Assembly: GCA_964654865.1 (NCBI GenBank)
Contig: CAZZLG010000027.1
Location: forward strand, 1-48,613
Reading direction: 5' to 3'
DNA from: an uncultured Thermodesulfatator sp.
GTDB taxonomy: Bacteria; Desulfobacterota; Thermodesulfobacteria; Thermodesulfobacteriales; Thermodesulfobacteriaceae
Length of the DNA stretch: 48,613 bases
Of this stretch, positions 30,915-42,297 are shown in pieces. The first letter of the stretch is position 1; the number at the start of each line of letters is the position of its first letter. The notes below the pieces were generated by a model. The model made no database searches and was not told the DNA's origin. It worked only from the letters and a program-made list of their open reading frames with translations. A program made the position numbers and the translations under genes.

Positions 30915-32987
30915 ATGAGTAAAAATTTACTTTGGGAAATAGGAACTGAAGAACTACCTGCAAGATTTATTATTCCGGCTTTAGAAAGTTTAAAAATACT
31001 TACAGAAAAGAAATTAAAAGAAAATCTTTTAAACTTTGAAGAAATAAAAACTGCAGGAACCTTAAGAAGACTTACTCTTTTTGTTAAAAATTTATCTGAA
31101 AAACAAGAGGAAAGAGAAGAAGAAATTCTTGGTCCATCGGTAAAAATAGGAATTGACAAAAAAGGAAATTATACTGAGCAAGTCTTAGGATTTGCTAAAA
31201 AATACAGAGCAAGTCCTGAAGAACTAACTATAAAGAAGACCGAAAAGGGAGAATACTTTTGTTTAAAAAGAATAATTCCAGGTAAAAAAACTATAGAACT
31301 TCTTCCTCAAATTCTTTTAAATATTCTTCAAAATATTTATTTTCCAAAATCTATGAGATGGGGTTATTATGAAATAAAATTTGCAAGACCTATAAGATGG
31401 ATGTTATGTTTGTATGGAAAAGAAATAGTCCCCCTAAAAATAGCAAGTATTGATGCATCAAATATAACTTATGGACACAGGTTTTTATCAGAAAAACCTA
31501 TCAAATTGACTTCAGCAAATTGGGAAACTTATGAAGCCCTTTTAGAAAAAAATTATGTAATTGTAGATCCAGAAAAAAGAATTCTCAAAACAAAAGAAGA
31601 AATTTTAAAAGTTTCTGAAAAAATAGGTATTCCAGAAATGGAAAAAGATTTATTAGAGGAAAATGCCCATTTAATTGAATATCCCTTTCCCATAGTTGGA
31701 GAGTTTTCTAAAGAATTTTTGATGCTCCCTGAGCCACTTGTTATTACAGCCTTAAAAGAACATCAAAGGTATATATGTTTGAAAGATAAAAAAGGAAAAC
31801 TTATAAACTATTTTATAGCAGTAAATAATAATTTTCCTAAAAATTTAGAAATACTTAAAAGAGGACATGAAAGGGTTACCAAAGCAAGGTTAGAAGATGC
31901 TAAGTTTTATTTTGAAAAAGATTTAAAAGAATCCTTAGAAAAAATGGTAGAGAGATTAAAAGGAATAGTTTACCATATAAAATGTGGAACTCTATGGGAT
32001 AAAACGCAAAGACTTATTGAACTCGGAATATATTTAGCTCAAAAAATAAATTCCCATATAGATTTAGAAAAAGTTAAAAAAGTTTGTTTTTATGCTAAAG
32101 CTGATCATGCCTCTGAGGTAGTTAAAGAATTTACTTCTCTTCAAGGAATTATAGGAAGTATATATGCAAGTTATTTTGGGGGAAAAGATATAGCCTTAGC
32201 CTTATACGAACAATATCTTCCATCTCCACAAAATGAAAATCTTCCTCAAACTTGGGAAGGAATTGTTCTTTCCTTAACAGATAAAATTGACCATATTGTT
32301 TCTATTTTTGGAAGTGGTGAAAAACCTACAGGAGAGGCAGATCCTTATGGATTAAGAAGATCAGCCTACGGAATCATAAAAATTCTTATTGGAAAAAATA
32401 TTTTTCTTGATTTAGAAAGCGCTTTCCATTATAGCCTAAAAATTCTTGAGAAACAAGGGTTTCTTAAAGAAAAAGAAGTTTTAACGGAAATTTTAGAATT
32501 TTTTAGAAAACGTTTAGAAGGTGAATTTTTAAATTTAGGTTTTAATAAGTTACTTGTCGGAGTAGTTATAAAACTTCCTCTTAATCCCTTTGATCAATTT
32601 TTAAGAATAAAAGCTTTAAAAGAATTTCAAGATAGAAAAGATTTTATAGATCTTATTACAGGATTTAAGAGAGCTTCTCAAATATTAAAAGGATTAGAAA
32701 TAGAGAAACTTCCCAATTTAGACCCCACTTTTTTTAAAGAAAAAGAAGAAAAAGAGCTTCATTCTAAAATATTAGAACTGCAACCAAAATTAGAGGATCT
32801 TTTAAATAAAAAAGAATATACACAGTATTTAGAGACGCTTCTTGAATTTAAAGAACCAATTGATAAGTTTTTTGATAATGTATTTGTTATGGTTGAAGAT
32901 AAAAAGATAAGAGAAAATAGACTTAAACTTCTGGCAGAAATTTCATCTCTTTTTAATTCTTTTGGAGATTTTACCTTTCTTATATAG
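30915..32987 (+). CDS. glyS: Glycine-tRNA ligase beta subunit
   Basis: EIGTEELP, KSMRW, FARPIRW, ARLEDA, DPYGLRR and FFDNVFVM...RENRL motifs. Confidence 0.96.
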   Translation: MSKNLLWEIGTEELPARFIIPALESLKILTEKKLKENLLNFEEIKTAGTLRRLTLFVKNLSEKQEEREEEILGPSVKIGIDKKGNYTEQVLGFAKKYRASPEELTIKKTEKGEYFCLKRIIPGKKTIELLPQILLNILQNIYFPKSMRWGYYEIKFARPIRWMLCLYGKEIVPLKIASIDASNITYGHRFLSEKPIKLTSANWETYEALLEKNYVIVDPEKRILKTKEEILKVSEKIGIPEMEKDLLEENAHLIEYPFPIVGEFSKEFLMLPEPLVITALKEHQRYICLKDKKGKLINYFIAVNNNFPKNLEILKRGHERVTKARLEDAKFYFEKDLKESLEKMVERLKGIVYHIKCGTLWDKTQRLIELGIYLAQKINSHIDLEKVKKVCFYAKADHASEVVKEFTSLQGIIGSIYASYFGGKDIALALYEQYLPSPQNENLPQTWEGIVLSLTDKIDHIVSIFGSGEKPTGEADPYGLRRSAYGIIKILIGKNIFLDLESAFHYSLKILEKQGFLKEKEVLTEILEFFRKRLEGEFLNLGFNKLLVGVVIKLPLNPFDQFLRIKALKEFQDRKDFIDLITGFKRASQILKGLEIEKLPNLDPTFFKEKEEKELHSKILELQPKLEDLLNKKEYTQYLETLLEFKEPIDKFFDNVFVMVEDKKIRENRLKLLAEISSLFNSFGDFTFLI

Positions 32988-32996
32988 AATTTAAAA

Positions 32997-34913
32997 ATGC
33001 GTAGAATTATTATAGGGACTGCTGGTCATATAGATCATGGGAAAACTTCTTTAGTAAAGGCTCTCACTGGGATTGATACCGATCGGCTTAAGGAGGAAAA
33101 AGAAAGGGGCATAACTATTGATTTGGGTTTTGCTAACCTTTTACTTCCATCTGGGACACTTGCCGGAATTGTTGATGTTCCTGGACATGAAAGATTTATA
33201 AGAAATATGGTTGCTGGAGCAACTGGTATAGATTTGGTCATTTTAGTTATAGCAGCAGATGAAGGAGTTATGCCTCAAACGAAAGAACATCTTGAAATTT
33301 GTGAACTCTTGGGAATAAAAGATGGAGTTGTAGTAATTACGAAAATAGATCTGGTTGATAAAGATTGGTTAGAGCTGGTAAAAGAAGAAGTAGAGAAATT
33401 TTTAAAGGATACTTTTTTAAAAAATGCACCTATAATTTATTTTTCCGCTGTTACAGGAGAAGGGAAAGAAGAACTTTTAAAAATATTAGATGAAAAGGCT
33501 TCTCAAATAATTATGAAGCCTGAAGATCAACCATTTAGATTGCCTATTGACGGAGTTTTTACTATTAAAGGTTTTGGAACTGTAGTAAGAGGTACAGCTG
33601 TTTCGGGAAAAATAAACCTCAATCAGATAGTTAAAATATACCCTAAGGAATTAGAAACCAAAGTAAGAAATATACAGGTTCATGGTAAAAACGTAGAGAC
33701 AGCTTATGCAGGTATGAGAGTAGCTTTAAACCTTCAAGGGGTAGAAAAAGAAGAATTAGAAAGAGGCGATGTGGTTGCTGAACCAGGTGTTTTAAAACCC
33801 TCACAATGGTTAGATATAAAAGTTACTTCATTAAAGGATGTTAAACCCTTTATAAGAAACTTTGAAAATCTTCTTTTTTATGTAGGTACCTCAGAGGTTC
33901 TTGGTAAGATTATTCTCTTTGGAAAGGATGACTTAAAACCAGGAGAAACAGATATTGCTCAAATATTTCTTCAAAAATCGGTTACGGTATGGAGAGGAGA
34001 TAGATTTATTTTAAGAAGAGCATCTACTAATACTACAGTAGGAGGAGGAGAAGTAATAAATCCAGTTTCTTATAGAAGAAAAAGAACCAAACCCTGGGAA
34101 AGAAAAGAACTTGAGTTTATTTCTCAAGCTGAAACATTAGAGCTTATTAAATACTATGTAGAAAAAAAGGGATTTTTAGGTGCAGAAGAAAGGGACTTAC
34201 AACTTACGGTTTCTGTTTTTGATAAAAAATTTAAAGAATTAATGGATAGTCTTTCTCAAGAAATAATAAAATTAAAAGAAAAAGAAAAAATTCTTTATTT
34301 TTCAAAAACTACTAAAGATAAACTTCAAAATAAAATAATTGAGACCTTAAGAGAGTATCATAACAACAATCCCTTTAGTTCAGGATTAACTAAAGAGCTT
34401 TTAAAAATGAGAATTTCTTCTTTTATCCCTGATGCCTTTTTTAATCATATAATAGATGAACTTATACAAAAAGGGATCTTAAATAAAGAAAAAGAGATAC
34501 TTTTTCTTTCTGAATTTAAAAGATTAGATTTAACAGAAAAAGAGGAACTTAAAAAACAAATTGAAGAAAAAATATTAAAAGAGGGATTAACACCTAAAGA
34601 TTTTGAAGAAATCCTTTTAGATTTTAGAGATAAATACAAAGCTGCCAAAGAACTTTTACAGACCCTTTTAAAAGAGGAAACTCTGGTTAAGGTTTCTGAA
34701 AAATTAGTTTATCATAAAAATGTACTTGAGGAAATTGAGAAAAAGGTTATAGATTTTTTAATTAAAAATAAAGAAATGACTTTATCTGATTTTAGGAGCC
34801 TGCTTGGTTCTGAAGTAAGTAGAAAATATTTAATTCCTTTAGTAGAATATCTTGATAAAAAGAAAATAACTTTAAGAGTAGGAGATAAAAGAATTTTAAG
34901 AAAAAGAATTTAA
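32997..34913 (+). CDS. selB: Selenocysteine-specific elongation factor
   Basis: [33 protein letters not shown] and a C-terminal winged-helix end [13 protein letters not shown]...RVGDKR. Confidence 0.96.
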   Translation: MRRIIIGTAGHIDHGKTSLVKALTGIDTDRLKEEKERGITIDLGFANLLLPSGTLAGIVDVPGHERFIRNMVAGATGIDLVILVIAADEGVMPQTKEHLEICELLGIKDGVVVITKIDLVDKDWLELVKEEVEKFLKDTFLKNAPIIYFSAVTGEGKEELLKILDEKASQIIMKPEDQPFRLPIDGVFTIKGFGTVVRGTAVSGKINLNQIVKIYPKELETKVRNIQVHGKNVETAYAGMRVALNLQGVEKEELERGDVVAEPGVLKPSQWLDIKVTSLKDVKPFIRNFENLLFYVGTSEVLGKIILFGKDDLKPGETDIAQIFLQKSVTVWRGDRFILRRASTNTTVGGGEVINPVSYRRKRTKPWERKELEFISQAETLELIKYYVEKKGFLGAEERDLQLTVSVFDKKFKELMDSLSQEIIKLKEKEKILYFSKTTKDKLQNKIIETLREYHNNNPFSSGLTKELLKMRISSFIPDAFFNHIIDELIQKGILNKEKEILFLSEFKRLDLTEKEELKKQIEEKILKEGLTPKDFEEILLDFRDKYKAAKELLQTLLKEETLVKVSEKLVYHKNVLEEIEKKVIDFLIKNKEMTLSDFRSLLGSEVSRKYLIPLVEYLDKKKITLRVGDKRILRKRI

Positions 34914-37279
34914 CTTTTAGGCTTTTTAGAGGTTTTTGTTTCCTTTTTAGCCTTTTTTTCTTTTTCTTTACTCAATTTATAAAGTTTTTTTAACCCCTTT
35001 GCTACTTCCTCATGAAATTTTTCAGGACTATACATAGTGAGAATTTCTATAATATCATCTATAGTTTCTACTGTATATATATGAAATTTTCCTTTTTTAA
35101 TATCTTCTAATACTTCCTCATCAAGAAGAATATTGTCAAAATTTTTTGCAGGAACAATTACTCCTTGCTCACCTGTGAAATTAGTAAGTTTGCACACTCT
35201 ATAAAATCCTTCTATTTTTTCCTTAATCCCTCCTACGGGTTGTACATTACCAAACTGGTCAATTGAGCCTGTTATAGCTATGTCTTGTCTTACAGGAATT
35301 TTAGAAATAGCAGAAAGTATAGCTATAAGCTCTGCAGCTGAAGCACTATCTCCTTCTACAGGTTCATAAGCTTGTTCAAAAGTAAGTGTACAAGATAATT
35401 GAAGAGGAAAATCTGTACTATATTTATTGTATAGATAAGAAGAAAGAATAAGGACTCCTTTTGAATGAATGGGACCACTCATATCTATTTCTCTTTCAAT
35501 ATTAATAATTCCTTTTGTTCCTGGAAAAACGTTAGCTGTAATCCTTGAAGGTTTACCAAAACTGTGATCACCTAAGATATAAACACTTAATCCATTAATT
35601 TGTCCTACTTTTTTTCCCTCTATATCTATTATTATTTTCCCTTCTTTTATAAGTTCTCTTATTTTTTCTTCTAACAAATTAACTCTAAATATTTTCTCTT
35701 TTAAGGCTTGTTTTATTTCTTTTTCAGTAATAGTTTCATTTTGGGAAAGGATATTTGCTTCTCTAAGTAAATCTATAATATTTCTTAAAATGATATTTAA
35801 TTTTTTTCTATCTCCAGCTTGATAAATAGCGTATTTAAGAACTTCAGAAAGCCCTGAAGCATCAAGATCTTTTATATTTTCCTCTTTAATAATTTTTTTA
35901 ATAATTTTCGGAAAGTCCTCTATTACTTTATTATTTATTTCTATTATTGGGTTAAATTCTGCCTTTATTTTAAATAATTCAGTAAATTCTTGATCGTACA
36001 AACTTAAAAGATAGTAAAGAAAGGTATCCCCTATTAAAAATACTTTTGCGGAAAAAGGAACTGGTTCTGGAAGAAGTCCTATATGAGGAACAGGAATTTC
36101 TTCTATCATTCCACCCATAAGGTACAGTTTTTTATGAAGGAGGGTCCTTTTAAGTAAAATCCAAACATAGGGATTTTTAAGAACTTCCCAAAGATCTAAA
36201 ACAAGATACCCTCCATTAACTTTATGAAGGGTCCCTGGAGCAAGACTTAAGTGGTCAGCATAAAGTATTCCCATTTCAGCTCTATAATTAATCTGTCCAA
36301 AAAGTCCCTTTAAAGTTGGTACTTTTTCGTATATTACAGGAGCCCCCTCAGTTTTTGTATTATCTACTAAAACATTTACTCTAAAAACATTAAGAGCTCT
36401 ATTGATACTATTTTGAACAACCACATTGCCCTTAGCCTTCTCCCATTCAATAAAAAGGTGAATATTCTTAACTAATTCTTCTTTTACTTCAGAAATAAAT
36501 TCTTTTACTTCTTCTATGTCTTTAAATTCAGTCTCCAATTTTTCAAAAGCTTTGTTTACAATATGGGTAGCTATTTTTTTTCTTAAATTAACTAAATTTT
36601 CTCCCAGAGCACTATCAAGTTCACGAAGTTTTCTCATATATTGTCTAAAGGTAGGTTCAAAGGCATTTAAATTTCTTTGATATTCTTCCCTAAATTGTGG
36701 AGTTTCCAATAGCTTTTCTTGAGCTACAGGAGTCTCAATTTTAAAAATAGGAAGAAGTCTTACTCCCTCAGGACCAAAAAGAACCATTAAATTATATTTT
36801 TTGGCTTCTTCTATTAATTCATTTATAACTGTTTCTTTTTGAGAATCTATTTCTTTAGTAAGAGAACTTAGTTCTTCTTCATATTCTTTTCCCTCAAAGG
36901 CTTTAAAAGTCTCTCTTTTTAAGAATTCTAAAATTTCCTCAATATAATCTGCTAATTTCCTTCCATAACCCGCTGGTAATACTATAGCTTTTGGACGATA
37001 AAAATCTTTAAAATTATTTACATAACAAATATCTGGAGGATTTGCTTTGGTTGAGGTTATTTCTTGAAGTCTTTTTAAAGTGTATCTACTTCTTCCTATT
37101 CCATTCGGACCACATACATAAACATTATAACCTTCTTTATCAATTTGTAAGGCTAAATCAAAAGCTTTTTCTACTCTTTCTTGTTGAATAAATATTTCTT
37201 CTTCTGGATATTCTAAAGTCCCAGAAGAATAATTGAAATCAATTATTAGATTCTCAAAATTTAGTCTTTTCCAAGCCAT
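34910..37279 (-). CDS. Lon-family (S16) protease, LonC/AAA_32 type
   Basis: QQERV, YVNNF, GTLHKVNGGYL, GQINGL, SGPIHSKG, VEGDSAS (catalytic Ser) and GGIKEK (catalytic Lys). Confidence 0.9.
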   Translation of the reverse strand: MAWKRLNFENLIIDFNYSSGTLEYPEEEIFIQQERVEKAFDLALQIDKEGYNVYVCGPNGIGRSRYTLKRLQEITSTKANPPDICYVNNFKDFYRPKAIVLPAGYGRKLADYIEEILEFLKRETFKAFEGKEYEEELSSLTKEIDSQKETVINELIEEAKKYNLMVLFGPEGVRLLPIFKIETPVAQEKLLETPQFREEYQRNLNAFEPTFRQYMRKLRELDSALGENLVNLRKKIATHIVNKAFEKLETEFKDIEEVKEFISEVKEELVKNIHLFIEWEKAKGNVVVQNSINRALNVFRVNVLVDNTKTEGAPVIYEKVPTLKGLFGQINYRAEMGILYADHLSLAPGTLHKVNGGYLVLDLWEVLKNPYVWILLKRTLLHKKLYLMGGMIEEIPVPHIGLLPEPVPFSAKVFLIGDTFLYYLLSLYDQEFTELFKIKAEFNPIIEINNKVIEDFPKIIKKIIKEENIKDLDASGLSEVLKYAIYQAGDRKKLNIILRNIIDLLREANILSQNETITEKEIKQALKEKIFRVNLLEEKIRELIKEGKIIIDIEGKKVGQINGLSVYILGDHSFGKPSRITANVFPGTKGIINIEREIDMSGPIHSKGVLILSSYLYNKYSTDFPLQLSCTLTFEQAYEPVEGDSASAAELIAILSAISKIPVRQDIAITGSIDQFGNVQPVGGIKEKIEGFYRVCKLTNFTGEQGVIVPAKNFDNILLDEEVLEDIKKGKFHIYTVETIDDIIEILTMYSPEKFHEEVAKGLKKLYKLSKEKEKKAKKETKTSKKPKS

Positions 37280-37386
37280 TATGTTTAAAATTGTAAAAAA
37301 TTATTTGTAAAATACAAGGTTTTTGTTGCAATTTTTTATAATAAAAGTAAAATTTTTCTTTTGAGCTTTCAAAAGGAGCTAAATTT

Positions 37387-38676
37387 ATGAAAAAACGTCC
37401 CCTGACTTTAGCGGAAAAAATTTTAGCAACCAAATTAAAAAGAGCTTATGTAGAACCTGGAGAATTGGTAGAAGTTCCAGTTGATTTAACACTGGCAAAC
37501 GATATTACAGGTCCCTTAGCTATAAAAATTTTTGAGTCTACAAATATTGGAAAAGTTTTTGATCCAGAAAAAATAGTTTTGGTAATGGACCATTTCACTC
37601 CTAATAAAGATATTAAAAGTGCAGAGCAAGTTAGGATTTGTAGAGAATTTGCCAAAAAATACAAAATTTTACATTATTATGAAGGGGGAAATTGCGGTAT
37701 TGAACATGCCTTACTTCCAGAACTTGGTCTTGTAGGACCAGGAGATATTGTAATTGGTGCTGATAGTCATACTTGCACCTACGGAGCTTTAGGAGCTTTT
37801 GCTACAGGGGTTGGCTCAACTGATCTTGCAGCAGCCTGGATCACTGGTAAAACTTGGTTTAAAGTTCCAGAAACTATTAAATTTGTTTATTATGGAAAAC
37901 CTAAACCTTGGATTACTGGAAAAGATCTCATTCTTTATACTATAGGAGACATAGGAGTTGATGGAGCACTTTATAAAGCAATGGAATTTACAGGAGAAAC
38001 AATTAAAAGACTTTCTATGGCTGAAAGATTTACTATGGCAAATATGGCAATTGAGGCAGGAGGAAAAGTAGGTTTAATAGAACCTGATAAAATAACTTTG
38101 GCTTACATAAGAAATCGTTTTAAAAGGGAACCAATTATCTTAAAAGCTGATAAAAATGCTAAGTACATAGAAATTAGGGAATATGATGTTTCTAAAATAG
38201 ACCTTCTTGTTGCCCTACCTCATCTTCCTTCTAATGTAAAACCAGTTAAAGATTTATCTGATAAAATTTACATTGATCAAGTGGTAATTGGTTCTTGTAC
38301 TAATGGAAGAATTGAGGATTTGGCAATTGCTGCAAAAATTTTGAAAAATCGTAAAGTAAATCCTAATGTAAGATGTATAATTATACCAGCAACACCAAAC
38401 ATTTATTACGAAGCTTTAAAGAAGGGGTATATTAGAGTATTTATAGAAGCTGGAGCTATCGTATCTTCTCCTACTTGTGGTCCTTGTCTTGGTGGACACA
38501 TGGGAATTTTAGCAAAAGGAGAAAAAGCTGTGGCAACTACTAATAGAAATTTTGTAGGAAGAATGGGACATCCTGAAAGTGAGGTATATCTTTCTGGCCC
38601 TGCTGTTGCAGCTGTAAGTGCAGTACTTGGATATATAGGGACTCCGGAAGAATTGGGGCTTAGAGAGGAGGATTAA
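37387..38676 (+). CDS. leuC: 3-isopropylmalate dehydratase large subunit (LeuC2/HacA-type short form)
   Basis: [31 protein letters not shown] and [10 protein letters not shown] motifs. Confidence 0.92.
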   Translation: MKKRPLTLAEKILATKLKRAYVEPGELVEVPVDLTLANDITGPLAIKIFESTNIGKVFDPEKIVLVMDHFTPNKDIKSAEQVRICREFAKKYKILHYYEGGNCGIEHALLPELGLVGPGDIVIGADSHTCTYGALGAFATGVGSTDLAAAWITGKTWFKVPETIKFVYYGKPKPWITGKDLILYTIGDIGVDGALYKAMEFTGETIKRLSMAERFTMANMAIEAGGKVGLIEPDKITLAYIRNRFKREPIILKADKNAKYIEIREYDVSKIDLLVALPHLPSNVKPVKDLSDKIYIDQVVIGSCTNGRIEDLAIAAKILKNRKVNPNVRCIIIPATPNIYYEALKKGYIRVFIEAGAIVSSPTCGPCLGGHMGILAKGEKAVATTNRNFVGRMGHPESEVYLSGPAVAAVSAVLGYIGTPEELGLREED

Positions 38677-38678
38677 AA

Positions 38679-39179
38679 ATGGATAAAATTAAAGGTAAAG
38701 CTTGGAAATTTGGAGATAATGTAGATACAGATGTAATAATTCCTGCAAGATATCTAAATACTACTGATCCTGAAGAATTAGCTAAACATTGTATGGAAGA
38801 TGTAGATCCAGAATTTTCAAAAAAAGTTAATAAAGGTGATATTATTGTAGCAGGAAAGAATTTTGGTTGTGGTTCCTCTCGTGAACATGCACCTATTGCA
38901 ATAAAAGCCTGTGGGATAGCCTGTGTTATTGCTGAGAGTTTTGCAAGAATTTTTTACAGAAATGCCTTTAATACGGGGCTTTTGATTTTGGAATGCCCTG
39001 AAGCAGCTAAAGAAATAGACTCAGGAGATGAATTAGAAATTTATCCTGAGGAAGGAAAAATAATTAATTTAACCAAAAATAAAACCTTTTTTACCAAACC
39101 CCTACCTCCTTTTATGAAAAAAATACTCGACGATGGTGGCTTAATCCCTCATATTATGAAAAAATTTAAAATTCAATAA
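38679..39179 (+). CDS. leuD: 3-isopropylmalate dehydratase small subunit
   Basis: [23 protein letters not shown] and SFARIFYRN motifs. Confidence 0.92.
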   Translation: MDKIKGKAWKFGDNVDTDVIIPARYLNTTDPEELAKHCMEDVDPEFSKKVNKGDIIVAGKNFGCGSSREHAPIAIKACGIACVIAESFARIFYRNAFNTGLLILECPEAAKEIDSGDELEIYPEEGKIINLTKNKTFFTKPLPPFMKKILDDGGLIPHIMKKFKIQ

Positions 39180-39181
39180 TT

Positions 39182-39979
39182 ATGAGAATAGAAAAAGAAA
39201 AAGCTGATTTTTATATACTTTGGAATATTATTAAAGCTTTGAGAAGTGAAAACGGTTGTCCTTGGGATAAAAAACAAACTCCTCAGAGCTTAAAAAAATA
39301 TCTTATAGAAGAAGTTTACGAAGTTTTAGAAGCTATAGATAAAGGAAATCCAGAAGAAATAAGAGAAGAGTTGGGAGATCTTTTATTTCTTCTTCTTTTT
39401 ATTATATATCTTTATGAAGAAGAAAAACTTTTTTCTTTAAAAGATCTTCTTTTTTTAACAGCTCAAAAAATGATACGTAGACACCCTCATGTTTTTGGAG
39501 AAGAAGTTGCTAAAAGTGCTGAAGAGGTAATTAAAAGCTGGCAAAAAATTAAAAAGGAAGAGGGAAAAGAATCTTCAATACTGGGAAATATTCCAAAAAG
39601 TTTGCCAGCTTTACAAAGAGCTTTTAGATTAGGGGAAAGAGCTGGAAGAGTTGGATTTGATTGGGAAAAGGGAGAGGAAGTACTTGAAAAGATAAAAGAG
39701 GAAATAGAAGAAATTAGAGATTCTTTAAAAAAGCTTCCTAAGGAAAAATTGAAAGAGGAAATAGGAGACCTTTTATTTAGTATAGCTAACTTCTCAAGAA
39801 AACTTGAAATCAATCCTGAGGAAGCTTTAAAACTTGCTTTAAATAAATTTGAAAATCGCTTTAAATTACTTGAAAAAGAAGTAGAAAAAAGAAGACTTTC
39901 TTGGGAAAAACTAAGTATTAAAGAGCTTGACCAAATATGGGAAGAGATAAAGAATTCTTATGAGCCAAATAGTTATTGA
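39182..39979 (+). CDS. mazG: Nucleoside triphosphate pyrophosphohydrolase
   Basis: GCPWD, EEVYE, EELGDLL, RRHPHVFG, GFDW and a second EIGDLLF domain. Confidence 0.95.
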   Translation: MRIEKEKADFYILWNIIKALRSENGCPWDKKQTPQSLKKYLIEEVYEVLEAIDKGNPEEIREELGDLLFLLLFIIYLYEEEKLFSLKDLLFLTAQKMIRRHPHVFGEEVAKSAEEVIKSWQKIKKEEGKESSILGNIPKSLPALQRAFRLGERAGRVGFDWEKGEEVLEKIKEEIEEIRDSLKKLPKEKLKEEIGDLLFSIANFSRKLEINPEEALKLALNKFENRFKLLEKEVEKRRLSWEKLSIKELDQIWEEIKNSYEPNSY

Positions 39980-40691
39980 GGTTCAAAACCTCTACTTTTA
40001 CTACGAACAACACCTTGTTCTTGAAGATATTAACTTAAAAGTAGAAAAAGGGGACTTTTTAGCTTTAATTGGACCAAATGGAGGAGGAAAAACTACCCTT
40101 GCAAAATGCATACTTGGATTTCTAATTCCTTCTAAAGGGAGAGTATTCCTTTGGGGAAAAGAAATTAAAAATTTTAAAAGTTGGCATAAAATAGGTTATG
40201 TACCTCAAAGAGCAGGAGACTTAATAGATTCTTTAACACCTCTTTCTGTTAAAGAATTTCTTTTACTCCCTTTTAAGTGGTACGATATTTCCTTAAAACC
40301 TTCTTTATTAGATAAATTAATAGAAAAATTTGGTATGAAAAACCTTCTTAATAAAAAAATTGGTGAATTATCCTATGGACAACTTCAAAGATCTTACATA
40401 GTGAGAGCACTTATTTCAGATCCAGAAATCTTGATACTTGATGAACCTTCTGTAGGATTAGATTTTTTTACTCAAGAAGTTTTTTACGAAACTTTGGAAG
40501 AATTTCATAAAAAGGGACTTACCATTATCTTAATAACTCACGAAACCTGGCTTTTAACTAAATGGGTTAATAAAGTAGCCTGTATAAATCAGAAACTTTA
40601 TTTTCACGGTGATCACGAAAGTTTTTGTGTTATGGCTAAAAAATTAGAATTCTTTCGAGAATATCATAAAATTGAGCACACCCATTGGTAA
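39960..40691 (+). CDS. znuC: Zn/Mn ABC transporter ATP-binding protein
   Basis: GPNGGGKT, IGYVPQ, LSYGQLQR, LDEP and a His-containing C-terminus. Confidence 0.85.
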   Translation: MSQIVIEVQNLYFYYEQHLVLEDINLKVEKGDFLALIGPNGGGKTTLAKCILGFLIPSKGRVFLWGKEIKNFKSWHKIGYVPQRAGDLIDSLTPLSVKEFLLLPFKWYDISLKPSLLDKLIEKFGMKNLLNKKIGELSYGQLQRSYIVRALISDPEILILDEPSVGLDFFTQEVFYETLEEFHKKGLTIILITHETWLLTKWVNKVACINQKLYFHGDHESFCVMAKKLEFFREYHKIEHTHW

Positions 40692-40695
40692 AAAT

Positions 40696-41505
40696 ATGGA
40701 ATTTTTTCTTGATTCTATAAGTTTAATAAAATGGGGGCTTTTATCAGGAATACTATTAGGAATATCTATTTCATTTACTTCTCCCTTTCTTATTTTAAAA
40801 AAAAATGCCTTTTTTCCTCATGCTTTAACTCATATATATTTTTTAGCTGTAATTCTAACTTCCTTAATTTTATATAAATTACCTTTATTTCTTTCTTTTC
40901 CTTTTATAGTTGTTTTTACCCTTCTTTTTACTTCTCTAATCTGGATTTTAAGAAGATACACCAAATTTTATGAAGACACTGCTACTTCTATAATTGCACA
41001 TTTAGCTTTAGGATTAGCCTTAATAGTAGCTGCTAAAACTTATCAATACGATGCAAGAATTCTTTCCTATCTTTTCGGAAGTTTAATTGGAATAACTTAT
41101 AAAGACTTTTGTGAAAGCTTAATAGTATTTTTCTTCACCTTATTTTTATTTTACAGATTTTACCCTCTGTGGATAGCACAAATCACTGATAAAGAACTCC
41201 CAGGACTTGACTTTAAATTAGCTAATTTTTCATTTTTAATCTTAATAACGCTTCAAATTATAATAGGTGTAAAATTAATGGGGGTTTTATTAGTTTCGGT
41301 TTTATTCATATTTTCAACTACTTTTGTTTTACAATTTATAAAAAGTTTTAAATTTTTAATAATACTTGTTAGTTTTTTGAATATTATTGGAATTTTAGGA
41401 GGGGCGGTAATTTCTATTTTTTTTGATATTCCGTTTTCTGGAGCAGTAGTTATATTTATGAGCTTGTATATTTTCATTTCTTTTGTCTGGAGCTTTTTGA
41501 GATGA
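40696..41505 (+). CDS. znuB: Zn/Mn ABC transporter permease
   Basis: Multi-TM protein with HALTH, YLFGSL and GVKLMGVLLV motifs; ATG 40696 preferred over TTG 40672. Confidence 0.8.
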   Translation: MEFFLDSISLIKWGLLSGILLGISISFTSPFLILKKNAFFPHALTHIYFLAVILTSLILYKLPLFLSFPFIVVFTLLFTSLIWILRRYTKFYEDTATSIIAHLALGLALIVAAKTYQYDARILSYLFGSLIGITYKDFCESLIVFFFTLFLFYRFYPLWIAQITDKELPGLDFKLANFSFLILITLQIIIGVKLMGVLLVSVLFIFSTTFVLQFIKSFKFLIILVSFLNIIGILGGAVISIFFDIPFSGAVVIFMSLYIFISFVWSFLR

Positions 41506-42278
41506 AACTTATTGATACGCATACACATTTAAATTTTTCAGATTTTTTTAAAAGGGATTTGGAAGAAGTGATAAAAAGGGCAAAAGAAAATTACGTCGTT
41601 CACGTTATAGTAGTAGGGATAGATACTAATACTAACAAAAGAGCTTTAGAATTATCTAAACTTTATCCTAATTTTATTTCTCCTGCAATTGGGTTTCATC
41701 CTCATGAAGTAAGAAAAATTAAAGAGCAAGACTATAAATTTTTGGAAGAAAATATAGAAAAAATCTGCGCTATAGGAGAAACTGGTCTTGATGGGGTTAA
41801 AGAATATTCACCTAAGGAGGTTCAAATAGAGCACTTTTTGAGACATTTAGAACTGGCTAAAAAATATAATAAACCTGTAATTCTTCATTTAAGAGGAAAT
41901 AATTCTTTTTGGAATGAGGCCTTAAAAATTTTAAAAAATTATTCAGATTTAAAACTCCTTTTTCATTGCTATACCACTGATAAGTCTATTGCTTCTAAAA
42001 TTCTTGATTTAGGTGGTTTTATTTCTATTCCAGGAGTTGTAACCTTTGAAAGGGCTGAAAATTTAAAAGAAGCTGTTAAATTTATTCCTAAGGATAGGCT
42101 TATGTTAGAAACAGACAGCCCCTTTTTGGCGCCTCATCCTTTTAGGGGGAAAAGAAATGAACCAGCATTTTTAATCTATATAGCCCAAAAAATTGCAGAA
42201 ATTAAAAATGTGGATTTAGAAAAAATTTCAGAAAAAACTACAGAAAATGCAATTAAATTTTTTAACTTAAAAATTTAA
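41502..42278 (+). CDS. tatD: TatD-family DNase
   Basis: DTHTH, GFHPH, GETGLD, HLR, HCY, ETDSP and RGKRNEP motifs. Confidence 0.95.
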   Translation: MKLIDTHTHLNFSDFFKRDLEEVIKRAKENYVVHVIVVGIDTNTNKRALELSKLYPNFISPAIGFHPHEVRKIKEQDYKFLEENIEKICAIGETGLDGVKEYSPKEVQIEHFLRHLELAKKYNKPVILHLRGNNSFWNEALKILKNYSDLKLLFHCYTTDKSIASKILDLGGFISIPGVVTFERAENLKEAVKFIPKDRLMLETDSPFLAPHPFRGKRNEPAFLIYIAQKIAEIKNVDLEKISEKTTENAIKFFNLKI

Positions 42279-42297
42279 AAGGGGGTTTAAGTATTAA

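Noticed and set aside
39960-41505. znuCB lacking a znuA binding-protein gene
   Set aside because: Separately encoded solute-binding proteins are common; not informative without the rest of the genome.
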